The notes below the pieces were generated by a model. The model ran no database searches. It was not told the DNA's origin and saw nothing but the letters and a program-made list of their open reading frames with translations. The translations under genes were made by a program, and so were the position numbers. Of a DNA stretch of 41,934 nucleotides, positions 30,053-39,812 are shown piece by piece. Numbering within the stretch: the first letter of the stretch is position 1; each line of letters opens with the position of its first letter. Source of the DNA: an uncultured bacterium (GTDB taxonomy: Bacteria > SAR324 > NAC60-12); the NCBI GenBank assembly GCA_964010765.1, contig CAXGMD010000019.1, positions 1 to 41,934 on the forward strand. Reading direction: 5' to 3'.

Positions 30053-31636
30053 ATGATCGATCGATTGAAGAATCCTTTAGACCTCGTCATCTGTCTGAAG
30101 ATGTTGAACGTCATCTCATTGTCTGACCATGAATCAGAGAAAAGAATTGATAAGATTGTCTCCAAGCACCTTGGCGATCGCCACGGGGAATATTCCAAGC
30201 AAGCAAATCAACAACTAATCAATCTGACTGATGGTCAAAAAGTTAAACTGACTCGCGAATGCTTGGATCGCTTGCAGGGAGAGGAGGATGCAGCAAAAAA
30301 AGAAATTCTTCTAATGTTTGAGGAAATCATTTTTGCGGATGATGAAGTACTTTCTTCGGAAAGGAAATTCTATGATCTCGCCAAAAGTTTGCTCCAGGTT
30401 AATACCTATGAGATTGAGCCAAGTGTTGAATTATTCGAGTACCTGAATGTTTTGAACTATGTTTCTAGCTCTGATTTTGCCAGCATCGACGAATTTGCCG
30501 AGATCTGGATCAAGTACATGGGTCCAGATATTAGAGTCTATTACAATGAGGCCTACCAAAACCTTAAAGACCTTGACCTGGAGAGCCAGATTCAGAAAGT
30601 GGGTGGGAATCTCAGAAAACTAAACAACATCGATGATCAACAAAAAATCAGCATTCGAACAATGGTCGAGGAAATTATCTTCTCGGATGATGAATTCACT
30701 GATGAGGAAAAAATCGTCTACGAATTGCTGCTAGAGAATCTTGGGGTCGAGCCAGGTATAGGGTATGACCAACCCACAGCGAATCCCCTTCGTTGGCTGA
30801 GCAATATTGAGCAAAGCCAATGGTTTCAAAACTCCATAAATTTGTTCATCGTTTTGACCGGAGTTGTGGTGGGTCTAGAAACCAGTGAAGCATTGGTTTC
30901 GGATTATCCCACCTTGTTTTATTCAATAGACACAGTCATCAAGTATATTTTTCTCGTCGAAATTCTTATTCGTTTCTTACCAAAATGGAACAAGCCTTTC
31001 GCCTTCTTTTCCGATGGATGGAACGTCTTTGATAGCCTCCTTGTCGTTGGATCATTCCTACCTTTTGGGTCTTATCCATTCATCCTCAGGGTCATCAGAC
31101 TCTTACGCTTCGCAAGAATCTTCCGCCAAGTTCCTCAACTTAGAATCATTGTCATTTCATTGCTTCAGAGTACCAAACCCATTGGCTTTGTGGGAATTTT
31201 GCTCTTACTCTTGATTTATATTTACGGGGTGATTGGCACCACAGTTTTTTCAAAAAATGACCCCATCCATTTCGGCGATCTCCCAATCAGCATGGTGTCA
31301 TTATTTCGAGCCGCTACTTTTGAGGACTGGACCGACCTGATGTACATTCAAATGTACAGTTGTGCTGAGTATGGATATGGGGACAACCAAGAGTTGTGTA
31401 TAAACCCAGCAAAAATGCCGCTGACAGCAGTGTTCTATTTTATTAGCTTCATCATCATCAGCGGTCTAGTAATTTTAAATCTAGTCATCGGGGTCATCAT
31501 CCAAAGCATGACTCAAGCAAAGGGGAGTCTTGAGAAAGACGAGGAACTCCGAAAGACCATCAAGAATATTGATTTTATTGTTAAGAAAGTCAGAGCGCGG
31601 AAGTTTGAGGAAATGCTCGATACAAATGATTCTTAA
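30053..31636 (+). CDS. Voltage-gated cation channel (BacNav-type Ion_trans) with two N-terminal TerB-like repeats
   Basis: 6TM, WNVFD in S3, S4 RVIRLLRFARIFR, filter TFEDWTD, S6 LNLVIGVII; N-terminal EEIIF(A/S)DDE..E repeats. Confidence 0.9.
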   Translation: MIDRLKNPLDLVICLKMLNVISLSDHESEKRIDKIVSKHLGDRHGEYSKQANQQLINLTDGQKVKLTRECLDRLQGEEDAAKKEILLMFEEIIFADDEVLSSERKFYDLAKSLLQVNTYEIEPSVELFEYLNVLNYVSSSDFASIDEFAEIWIKYMGPDIRVYYNEAYQNLKDLDLESQIQKVGGNLRKLNNIDDQQKISIRTMVEEIIFSDDEFTDEEKIVYELLLENLGVEPGIGYDQPTANPLRWLSNIEQSQWFQNSINLFIVLTGVVVGLETSEALVSDYPTLFYSIDTVIKYIFLVEILIRFLPKWNKPFAFFSDGWNVFDSLLVVGSFLPFGSYPFILRVIRLLRFARIFRQVPQLRIIVISLLQSTKPIGFVGILLLLLIYIYGVIGTTVFSKNDPIHFGDLPISMVSLFRAATFEDWTDLMYIQMYSCAEYGYGDNQELCINPAKMPLTAVFYFISFIIISGLVILNLVIGVIIQSMTQAKGSLEKDEELRKTIKNIDFIVKKVRARKFEEMLDTNDS

Positions 31637-31766
31637 GTTTAATCAAAATTTTATTAAAACCATGATTTCATAGACAATCTGTTATATTTTTGAGAAAAAA
31701 GATTGCTGCATCTGATCCAGTGTTTGCTTTCGAAAGAGGGGTTTCTTCCCATTAGATTGGCACAGT

Positions 31767-31796
31767 AAGTTCCTGACTCTGCAGGAACTTTCTTTT
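31767..31796 (+). terminator. Rho-independent terminator after channel gene
   Basis: AAGTTCCTG-ACTCTG-CAGGAACTT followed by TCTTTT. Confidence 0.6.
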
Positions 31797-32201
31797 CATT
31801 AACCGAATAATGGTTTCTTAGCTAATTTTGGAACTTACCTTGCCATTAGCTACCTTTTAATTGACATTTTTATCTCATTACCTGTATTTCCAGTACATTT
31901 CAAATAGTTTGGCTTCCAAATTTGCTGAGTGGCATTGAGCAATCGCCCCTAATTCTTTTTTCAGGAGTAAAATATATGAATCCCACTTCCTATTCTTTAA
32001 TTTTGGTCTTGGTTCTCTACGTAGTTGTTTTCGCTTGGCTTGTGAACTCCTATGGAGTGATTTAGATCCTTGTATATTCTTGCTTAACTGAATTTTTATT
32101 TGTATGCTTGCCTTCAACCTGCTAGAAGGTTTTTATTCCAAGTCCACGGGATCATGTTTATTCCGCAATTCTTCACATAACATATTAATTTAGGTGTATC
32201 C

Positions 32202-32552
32202 ATGGCTTCCATTGAGGTAAAAAATTTCGCCAACAATGCGGACGAGCTCAGCACTCCAAGCAACGCAAGGGTTGAGACGGTTAATGTCGGTGGTCAAAGA
32301 GTCATAAAACTAACAGTGCAACCAGGTTGGAAGTGGTCGAAAGATATCAAACCAGTTGTTGGCACTGAAAGCTGCCAAGCCAAGCACATTGGGGTAATTG
32401 TTTCTGGGACAGTAACTTGTCGTCACAACGATGGAACTGAGGTGACTTATTCGGGTGGAGACGCCTATGCGATCCAGCCTGGACACGATGCATGGGTTGT
32501 GGGTGATCAACCAGCTGTTGCCTATGAATTCCACGGAGCTTGGGGAGACTAA
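32202..32552 (+). CDS. Cupin domain protein
   Basis: PGWKWSKDIKPVVGTESCQAKH, IQPGHDAWVVG. Confidence 0.92.
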   Translation: MASIEVKNFANNADELSTPSNARVETVNVGGQRVIKLTVQPGWKWSKDIKPVVGTESCQAKHIGVIVSGTVTCRHNDGTEVTYSGGDAYAIQPGHDAWVVGDQPAVAYEFHGAWGD

Positions 32553-32587
32553 GAGTTCATCAGCACTAAAAAATAATATTTTTTTCC

Positions 32588-32620
32588 AACCTCAGCCGCA
32601 AAAAGGCTGGGGTTACTCTT
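32588..32620 (+). terminator. Hairpin after cupin gene
   Basis: AACCTCAGCC-GCAAAAA-GGCTGGGGTT. Confidence 0.55.
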
Positions 32621-32803
32621 CATTTATCTCCCTCACAGTTCTTCCCAAATAGTCCCACTGCTTTTCTAATTAAATTTCTGAAACTAGAACTTGGACATGA
32701 AAAAATAAATGTTCGTGTGTTGAATGAATTGTTCTGGATTCAGAATTGCTTAGAATCATAGAGACATGAGTGTCTTTCAAAGGTTTTAGCGGGGGGCTAG
32801 TTT

Positions 32804-33025
32804 ATGGTCGTTTGGTTAATTCTACTTGGTGGAGCCTTCACCATTTTGATTTTATTCCGACAAAGAAGGGTGGAAAGCGAAGCTTTGGAGATTCCTTCGG
32901 CGATGGTAATGCTCTTTCATCCAACGAAAGGGGAAGGAGACCTTACTCTCTGTGGAGCAGTGATTTTATACTCCTTTTCCCGAGTCGTTCTGGAGTTGTT
33001 TGAAATTGTGAGAAACGTATTTTAG
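32804..33025 (+). CDS. Small hypothetical membrane protein, possibly 5'-degraded
   Basis: Two hydrophobic segments; the upstream frame reads VLAGG*FMVVW. Confidence 0.4.
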   Translation: MVVWLILLGGAFTILILFRQRRVESEALEIPSAMVMLFHPTKGEGDLTLCGAVILYSFSRVVLELFEIVRNVF

Positions 33026-33143
33026 TCGAGGGATTATGCTAAAGACATCTCTGCAAACTTAATTAGAACCCATCAATATTCCCTTCGAATATTTAGGCCG
33101 CTAAAGGCAGCGGTTCAACAAGATCCTCCTGCAAATTATTCAA

Positions 33144-34814
33144 CTAGACACCGGAACGAAGATCAGCAATAGTCTTCGTTGGGGTGATCGCCTCGACACT
33201 GACTATTAATTCAAGCAGAGCCCCAGTTTTTGACTCAGATGCCTGTTCGAAGGCCTCTGCAAAATCCTCCGTTTGCCTAACACAAAAACCCTTCATTCCA
33301 AAAGCTTCTGCAACAGCAGCAAAATCGGGATTGTGCAGATTCGTTCCAGAAACTCTACTTGGATACTTCCTCTCCTGATGCATCCGAATAGTTCCATACG
33401 CTCCATTGTTTAAAACTAAAATTACCATTCTAGCGCCATGCTGAACAGCTGTGCCGAGTTCAGCCAATCCCATCTGTAGATCGCCATCACCAGCAAAGCA
33501 GACGACCTGCCGATCACGATAGGCGAGAGCCGCAGCGATTGCTGCTGGCAGTCCATAGCCCATAGCCCCACTCTGTGGTGCCAGCAACCTATGTCTTGGA
33601 CCAAAGCAAAAGTGTTTATTTGGCCAAAATGCGAAATTACCTGCCCCGTTGGTTAAGATGGCGTCTGGCTCTAGCCGATCTTGCAGGATCTTCATCACTG
33701 CTGACATGTCCACAGGGCTGTTTTGTGGAGGAGCTATCAAGGATGAAAGATAGTCGGAATGGCCCTTAGCAATCCACGTCGTTCTGTGGTAAAGATTTTT
33801 ACCGCTAATTTCCAAGCTCTCAAGAAACTGCGCAAACTGGTTTGGGTTTGCATGAAAGCTAAGATGAGGCTGATATATTTTGCCGATTTCTCGGTCTGAG
33901 GCGTGAACGTGAATCAATTTCTGACGAGGATAAGGCGCTTCCAAGAGTGACCAAGATTGCGTAGCAGCCTCACCCAGGCGTGCATTGATAGCCAAAATCA
34001 CATCTGAATTTTTTATCATCTCAGCGAGGTGAACTGCCATTCCAACACCGGCGTCTCCAACATACACTGGGCTATTGTTATCAATGAGGTCGTGATAGCG
34101 AAAAATTGCTGAAACAGGAAAGTTATGAAGCTCTGCAAACTTCTGCAAAGCGGATTTGCCCACTTCTTTCCAGCCTCCTCCCCCAATAAGGATCAGCGGT
34201 CGCTCCGCCTCGTTCAGAATACCTGTTAGAGCTTCTGCTTGAGATAGATCAACCCCAGCCTCAGCTAATTTAATTGGTTGACAAGGTTCGACAGACGTTT
34301 GAGTGGTCAACATGTCTTCGGGTAGTCCAATCACGACTGGTCCTGGCCGACCAGATAAGGCAAGGCGCCACGCACGGCTAACGATCTCTGGAATGCGCTC
34401 AGCGTTGTCAATCTCGGTAGCCCATTTGGCCAATGGACCAAAGAAAGCCCGATAATCCACTTCCTGAAAAGCCTCTCGGTCTTTCTGATCAACGCCAACC
34501 TGCCCTACGAATAGAATCATTGGAGAGCTGTCTTGACGAGCAGAATGAACACCGATTGAGCCATTGGTTGCTCCTGGCCCCCGAGTCACAAAACAGATCC
34601 CTGGCATACCAGTCAGCTTGCCCGACGCACATGCTGCAAAACTGGCTGCCCCTTCCTGTCGGCAAAGGGTGAATTGAATGTCAGCATCATGAAGAGCATC
34701 CAATACCGCCAGGTAGGATTCCCCAGGAACTCCAAAGCTATTTTTTACACCAAGATTTTGTAGACTCTGGACAAGGAGCTGAGCACCAGTAAGCCCTTCA
34801 TTGTTTTCCATCAT
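33144..34814 (-). CDS. Thiamine pyrophosphate-binding protein (acetolactate synthase large subunit-like)
   Basis: FGVPGESYL, TRGPGATN, AFQEVD, GAMGYG, GDGD...NNGAYG. Confidence 0.93.
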   Translation of the reverse strand: MMENNEGLTGAQLLVQSLQNLGVKNSFGVPGESYLAVLDALHDADIQFTLCRQEGAASFAACASGKLTGMPGICFVTRGPGATNGSIGVHSARQDSSPMILFVGQVGVDQKDREAFQEVDYRAFFGPLAKWATEIDNAERIPEIVSRAWRLALSGRPGPVVIGLPEDMLTTQTSVEPCQPIKLAEAGVDLSQAEALTGILNEAERPLILIGGGGWKEVGKSALQKFAELHNFPVSAIFRYHDLIDNNSPVYVGDAGVGMAVHLAEMIKNSDVILAINARLGEAATQSWSLLEAPYPRQKLIHVHASDREIGKIYQPHLSFHANPNQFAQFLESLEISGKNLYHRTTWIAKGHSDYLSSLIAPPQNSPVDMSAVMKILQDRLEPDAILTNGAGNFAFWPNKHFCFGPRHRLLAPQSGAMGYGLPAAIAAALAYRDRQVVCFAGDGDLQMGLAELGTAVQHGARMVILVLNNGAYGTIRMHQERKYPSRVSGTNLHNPDFAAVAEAFGMKGFCVRQTEDFAEAFEQASESKTGALLELIVSVEAITPTKTIADLRSGV

Positions 34815-35048
34815 TCAACCTAAAAATACTGATCTTATTAATCTAATTATCTTTTCGATGATCATTTGAGCCAATCTTTTCATTCCGCAAAATTCTTTGC
34901 TCGGAGGATCTACCTTTGAACTGAGCTAATGCTTCCATAATTTCCTCAATCACTCTCTTGACGAATGAAAGGCGAAGAGTAATATCCATCCGGTGTTTCA
35001 TCAAGTTTCGTCTCTCGATTACTTAATCATATTGGAAAGTCAAATCGT

Positions 35049-35714
35049 ATGCAGTTGAGATTTATTTACACAAACATGCCTTTTTGGAGAGCTGAAGTTG
35101 GTAGAATCACCCTCTTTATTGGAGACGTGGAATTCGAGGATTTACGAATAGATCGAGAAGAGTTCCTCAGGGCAAAGGAGTCCGGAAAATTAGATGATGG
35201 CACCGTCATGCCTTTCCATCAAATGCCAGTTCTTGTAGTAGACGGAACATCGATCGCCCAAACAGGTGGCATCGCAAGATTTTGTGGAAAATTATCAGGG
35301 CTTTACCCAACTGATGATCACCTCAAGGCTGCGCAAATCGATCAGTTTATCGATTTTGCTACTGATTTGAACACAATGGTTTCCAGTACAAACCAAATCC
35401 AGGATGAAGACCAAAAATTGGCTACGCGGTTAGAATTGGCAAATGGTCCCCTGAAAAGGAAATTAGGCATGTTAGAGCGTTTGATTCAAGAGGGATCAGA
35501 TTGGATTGTTCCTACTTCGATCAGCATAGCAGATATTGCAATTTGGCGAGTTCTGGGATGGTTTACCTCTGGATTATTGGATGGGATGCCCAAAAACCTA
35601 CTCTCAGACTTTCCAAAAATTAGACACGCCTGTTTAGCTGTCGATAAACACCCTAAAGTTCAGGAATGGATTGGTCGAACCTACCCAGAAAATTATGTCA
35701 GGGGCACTTACTGA
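35049..35714 (+). CDS. Glutathione S-transferase family protein
   Basis: WRAEVGR, PFHQMPVLVVDG..IAQT.GIARF, SIADIA. Confidence 0.92.
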   Translation: MQLRFIYTNMPFWRAEVGRITLFIGDVEFEDLRIDREEFLRAKESGKLDDGTVMPFHQMPVLVVDGTSIAQTGGIARFCGKLSGLYPTDDHLKAAQIDQFIDFATDLNTMVSSTNQIQDEDQKLATRLELANGPLKRKLGMLERLIQEGSDWIVPTSISIADIAIWRVLGWFTSGLLDGMPKNLLSDFPKIRHACLAVDKHPKVQEWIGRTYPENYVRGTY

Positions 35715-35884
35715 CTGGGGTAAACGATGATTGTTTCTTCTGAGCCATTGAATAAGGATTATCGCTGGCAGGATGTTCCACTAAATACGATGCTTGTGCT
35801 AGATCGTAGTAAGGCCCCCCATGCAGATTCAGATGAATATGTATGGACGCCTAGAATGGTCAGAATAGTTCAAAGGAGTCAGCC

Positions 35885-36982
35885 ATGAGTTCAAAGACGA
35901 TTCGAGTAGCCCTAATCGGGGTGGGTGGTGTCTGTACCCACGTCCACTATCCTGGTTTTTCGCGCATCCCCGGAGTTGAAATTGTAGGGATCTGTGACCC
36001 AGATGCTTCACTGCGAGAGCGACGTAGCAGGGAGTGGGGAGTACAAGCTTGCTTTGAAGATGTTGATGACTTGCTCAGGGAAATGAAACCAGACGCAGTG
36101 GTGATCGCAACCCCTAACTGCACTCACAGATTGCTGATTTTGAAAGCTTTCGCTGCCGGTTCCCATGCGCTTTGTGAAAAACCACTGGGAATGAATCTTC
36201 AAGAGACCAAAGAAATTCTGGAGGCTACCCAGAAAACAAAACTTCGGCACATGACAGCTTTCACCTATCGCTTTGTTCCTGCAATGAACTACTTACGTTA
36301 TTTGGTTCACTCCGGAGCATTGGGCGAGATTCGTCACGCGAGGTTCCAACGACTACAGGACTGGGGCGAACGAGCGATAGGCTGGCGCCAGTATTATGAT
36401 CAGGCTGGTTCCGGTGAACTGGGAGATATGGGCATTCACCGGATTGATTTTGCAGAAGAGCTGCTAGGCCCCATCACTTCGTTATGCGCGCACACAAAAC
36501 AATGGGCAGCTCGTGATCTCACGAACAGCGGAGAGCCATGCCCACCCCAAGATGTTGAGGATTGGGTCGCCTGGATCGCCCAATTTGAGAATGGAACAAC
36601 TGGGGTTTTTGAAATGGGAAAGCTCACCAAAGGCTTTGGTCCAAGAGGTGATCACGATCAAGCTGAGTTGAACGGCACCAAGGCTTCTGCAGTTTATCAG
36701 CTACATAATCCCCACCAAATCCTTTTCAGTAATCGTGGAGAATCCTACCGAATTCGACCTGTTCCAGCAGAATTTTTAAAGCGTTCTGATTCACCAAGAG
36801 ATCCTAATGAGGGGGATCCTCTGATTCGGTTTAGATATGATCAAGCTTGGGAATTTATTAGTGCCATTCGTGAGGGTAGGGAGTGCACGCCATCCTTCTA
36901 TCATGGCATGCGTGCACAGGCTGTGGCGGACGCAATCTTAGCGGCTGCAGAATCTAGAAAATGGATTGATATTAAATTTTAA
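35885..36982 (+). CDS. Gfo/Idh/MocA oxidoreductase
   Basis: IGVGG, IATPN, CEKPL, GELGDMGIHRID. Confidence 0.93.
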   Translation: MSSKTIRVALIGVGGVCTHVHYPGFSRIPGVEIVGICDPDASLRERRSREWGVQACFEDVDDLLREMKPDAVVIATPNCTHRLLILKAFAAGSHALCEKPLGMNLQETKEILEATQKTKLRHMTAFTYRFVPAMNYLRYLVHSGALGEIRHARFQRLQDWGERAIGWRQYYDQAGSGELGDMGIHRIDFAEELLGPITSLCAHTKQWAARDLTNSGEPCPPQDVEDWVAWIAQFENGTTGVFEMGKLTKGFGPRGDHDQAELNGTKASAVYQLHNPHQILFSNRGESYRIRPVPAEFLKRSDSPRDPNEGDPLIRFRYDQAWEFISAIREGRECTPSFYHGMRAQAVADAILAAAESRKWIDIKF

Positions 36983-37089
36983 ATTATTGAAAATATTTAA
37001 TTAATTAATTTTTATGATTTAATATATTATAAATAAATCATTCACTTTACCAGCAACCATTGGTTCTAGTCTTCTTTCATCTGAAGCAC

Positions 37090-37980
37090 CTAAGTTGGCA
37101 TCTCTTCTAGCGACGAAGTAACCCCCGCGATGGTGGTGCGTCTCATGTCGCGGACCTCTTTGTTGTCATAGCCCATCGCACGATGCATAGTGGCTTGGTT
37201 ATCCCAAATCACCAAGTCATTGACACTCCACTTATGTCGATAAATGAATTCTCGCTGGGTCGCATGCTCTGTCAACCGCTTTAGAAAGATTCGAGATTCG
37301 GGAACCGTCCAACCCTCGATCAGGCCCGCATGTGCAGAAAGATATAGGGAAATGTTCTTGGTTCTAGGATGCCTGCGAACCAAAGCCTGCCTGACTGGAA
37401 CCATTGCTTCCTGCTGATCTTCCCGGAACTCTGTAAAACCCAATTCACCTCTAGAATAGAGCTGACTGTGAAGAGTTACCTGACCAAGACATTTCTGCTG
37501 AGTTTTTTCATCCAAGGCTCTCCAGGCAGCCCTCATGTCCGCAAACTCTGTATCCCCTTCCGTAGTTGGAATGATCTTAGCCGAAAGGATTGAATATTGG
37601 GCCGGAATCGCCTTAAAAGAACTATCTGAATGCCAAAGCATATTTCCGAGGGAAAACAGCCTCTTTGGATCAGCAGTCTCCATTTTTCCACCTGTACGAT
37701 CTAGATTGGAAATATCGTTTAGTTCCATCTGCAATCGCCGGTCATCTTGCTTCATGTAATCACCGGTAGCCAACTCCAAATCACCAAAGTATCGACTGAA
37801 TCGAATGTGCTGCTCATCCGTCAATACTTGATTTGGAAAAACCAGCACTGCAAACGTGTCCAAAGCATTGAAGAGAGCTTCGACAGTTTCAGAGGTCTGT
37901 GGTTCTGACAATGAGATGCCCTCTACCTGGGCAACAAAATCTGATAACTTTGGGTTGAGTGATGTGATTTCCAGGGACAT
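37090..37980 (-). CDS. TauD/TfdA family 2-oxoglutarate dioxygenase (TfdA/SdpA-like)
   Basis: GNMLWHSDSSFK, DTEFADMRAAW, LYLSAHA, WDNQATMHR, DMRRTT. Confidence 0.93.
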   Translation of the reverse strand: MSLEITSLNPKLSDFVAQVEGISLSEPQTSETVEALFNALDTFAVLVFPNQVLTDEQHIRFSRYFGDLELATGDYMKQDDRRLQMELNDISNLDRTGGKMETADPKRLFSLGNMLWHSDSSFKAIPAQYSILSAKIIPTTEGDTEFADMRAAWRALDEKTQQKCLGQVTLHSQLYSRGELGFTEFREDQQEAMVPVRQALVRRHPRTKNISLYLSAHAGLIEGWTVPESRIFLKRLTEHATQREFIYRHKWSVNDLVIWDNQATMHRAMGYDNKEVRDMRRTTIAGVTSSLEEMPT

Positions 37981-37989
37981 TTTCTAAAT

Positions 37990-39291
37990 TCACATAAAAC
38001 GAGGCATCAACCATCTGGGTAGATACAAGATGAGGTCGGGCAGTAGAATTATTACTAATAGAATCAGTAACATTGGAATCAAAATAAAACACACATGGCG
38101 TAGGGCGTCAATGATTTTGATCTCACCGATCGCGCAGGAAATCATCAGGCAAAGTCCGTAAGGAGGGGAAACCAAACCAAAAGCAAGAGAGACAACGCCA
38201 ATGATAGCGAAGTGAATGTCATGGATTCCAGCGTATTGCGCTAAGGGGAGCAGAACGGTTCCAAGAATGATGATTGCTGGAATGGCGTCAATGAACATCC
38301 CAATGAAAAGAAAAGACCCTGCGATGATCAAACCAGTACTGACCGGCCCCACACCAAAAGGTTTCAAGAATTCTACGATGGCCAAGGGAACTTTGTAATA
38401 CGCTAGCAGCCAGCCAAATGCCGACGCAGTTCCCACGCAGAACAATGAAACTGCAGAGAAGCGGCCAGCTTCATAAAATGCTTTTACGACTTTACTGAGA
38501 TTTAAAGTTCGATAGCCAATCACTCCCAGTAAAAGGGAATAAACGACAGCTACAGCAGAAGCTTCAGTAGGAGTAAATACGCCACCGACAATCCCACCGA
38601 CAATGATGACAGGTGTCATTAATGGAGGAATTGCCTGGATTAGGGCGACAAAGAGTTCTTTCAGGTTTGATCGTTGGGTCGTCTCATAATTATTAGACTT
38701 GGCATAAATATATACAGCTAACATTTGTGAGGCAGCGATCAAAACTCCAGGAACCACACCGGCTAGAAAGAGACCTCCGATAGAAACTGACATCAATCCT
38801 CCCCAAACCACCATCATGATGCTAGGAGGAATGATCACACCCATCACCGACGAACAAGCTGTGATTGCCACTGAAAAGGAAGTGGAGAAACCCTGTTTTT
38901 TCATTTGTGGGATCAGGAGCGAACCAATCCCTGCAGCATCTGCTGTTGAAGAACCAGAGATACCCGCAAATAGCATACTAACGACGACATTTACGTGTCC
39001 CAGACCTCCTGTCAAATGTCCCACGAGGGCCCTGGAAAAACGAATCAGGCGGTCCGTGATCCCCGAGGCATTCATTAAGTTAGCGGCTAGTAAAAAGAAG
39101 GGGACTGCCAGCAAAATGAAAGCGTTGTAGGATTTGAACATTTCGTTCATCAAGACGATGGGCGTCAGGCGGTCCGAAAGTAACAACACTGGAGCACACG
39201 CAAGCCCCAGCGCAAAGGCGACTGGCACCCTCAAGATAATGAGAGCGATAAATGTGGGGAAAAGAATTGCTGAAACTTCTCCCGCGGTCAT
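37990..39291 (-). CDS. dctM: TRAP transporter large permease
   Basis: LLAVPFF, GISGSSTADAA, IIPPSI, FTPTEAS, SPPYG. Confidence 0.95.
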   Translation of the reverse strand: MTAGEVSAILFPTFIALIILRVPVAFALGLACAPVLLLSDRLTPIVLMNEMFKSYNAFILLAVPFFLLAANLMNASGITDRLIRFSRALVGHLTGGLGHVNVVVSMLFAGISGSSTADAAGIGSLLIPQMKKQGFSTSFSVAITACSSVMGVIIPPSIMMVVWGGLMSVSIGGLFLAGVVPGVLIAASQMLAVYIYAKSNNYETTQRSNLKELFVALIQAIPPLMTPVIIVGGIVGGVFTPTEASAVAVVYSLLLGVIGYRTLNLSKVVKAFYEAGRFSAVSLFCVGTASAFGWLLAYYKVPLAIVEFLKPFGVGPVSTGLIIAGSFLFIGMFIDAIPAIIILGTVLLPLAQYAGIHDIHFAIIGVVSLAFGLVSPPYGLCLMISCAIGEIKIIDALRHVCFILIPMLLILLVIILLPDLILYLPRWLMPRFM

Positions 39292-39761
39292 TCTGAACCC
39301 TTCAAGGTTTTCAGGTTATTGATGAATTTTTCGATCAAAAAGAAGAACCATGTTGCCCCTGCCAAAGGCCAGGCTCCGTAGATATAGATCATAGGCAATC
39401 CAGACATTTCGGATTGTTGCATCAATCCAAACTTTACCAGTGGCCAACCCCAAATGATGAAGATGACAGCAACACAAGTCATCATGAAATCTGGTATCAG
39501 TTCCCAAATCACCTTGCCGCGTTGTGTCTTCGGCTCAGGTATCAAATCTACAATAAAATGGGACTTGTCACGAACAGCGACCATGGAGCCCACGAGGATG
39601 ATCCAGATGAAGCAGAATCGGGCCATTTCCTCAGTCCAGATGTACCTTGGAATCAAACCCGTATATCTGGAGAGCATCTGCATTGAAACTGGGATTAACA
39701 GCAGAAACATCAAGGCTGTGAGCAGGCCTCGGAGAAACCTGTGATAAAACTCAAAAATCAT
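39288..39761 (-). CDS. dctQ: TRAP transporter small permease
   Basis: WTEEMARFCFIW, HF.VD; four TMs; overlaps dctM start. Confidence 0.93.
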   Translation of the reverse strand: MIFEFYHRFLRGLLTALMFLLLIPVSMQMLSRYTGLIPRYIWTEEMARFCFIWIILVGSMVAVRDKSHFIVDLIPEPKTQRGKVIWELIPDFMMTCVAVIFIIWGWPLVKFGLMQQSEMSGLPMIYIYGAWPLAGATWFFFLIEKFINNLKTLKGSE

Positions 39762-39778
39762 GGTCTTGAGTCATTTCA

Positions 39779-39802
39779 AGGGAGCCTATTGGGCCCCCTT
39801 TT
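39779..39802 (-). terminator. Intercistronic hairpin after dctP
   Basis: Minus strand AAGGGGGCC-CAATA-GGCTCCCTT. Confidence 0.55.
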
Positions 39803-39812
39803 TAAAAGTGGG

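Noticed and set aside
31878..32117. Basic 79-aa minus-strand ORF
   Set aside because: TTG start, no convincing RBS or motif
36975..37045. Extremely AT-rich stretch as origin or att site
   Set aside because: It lies between convergent genes with no DnaA boxes or iterons visible
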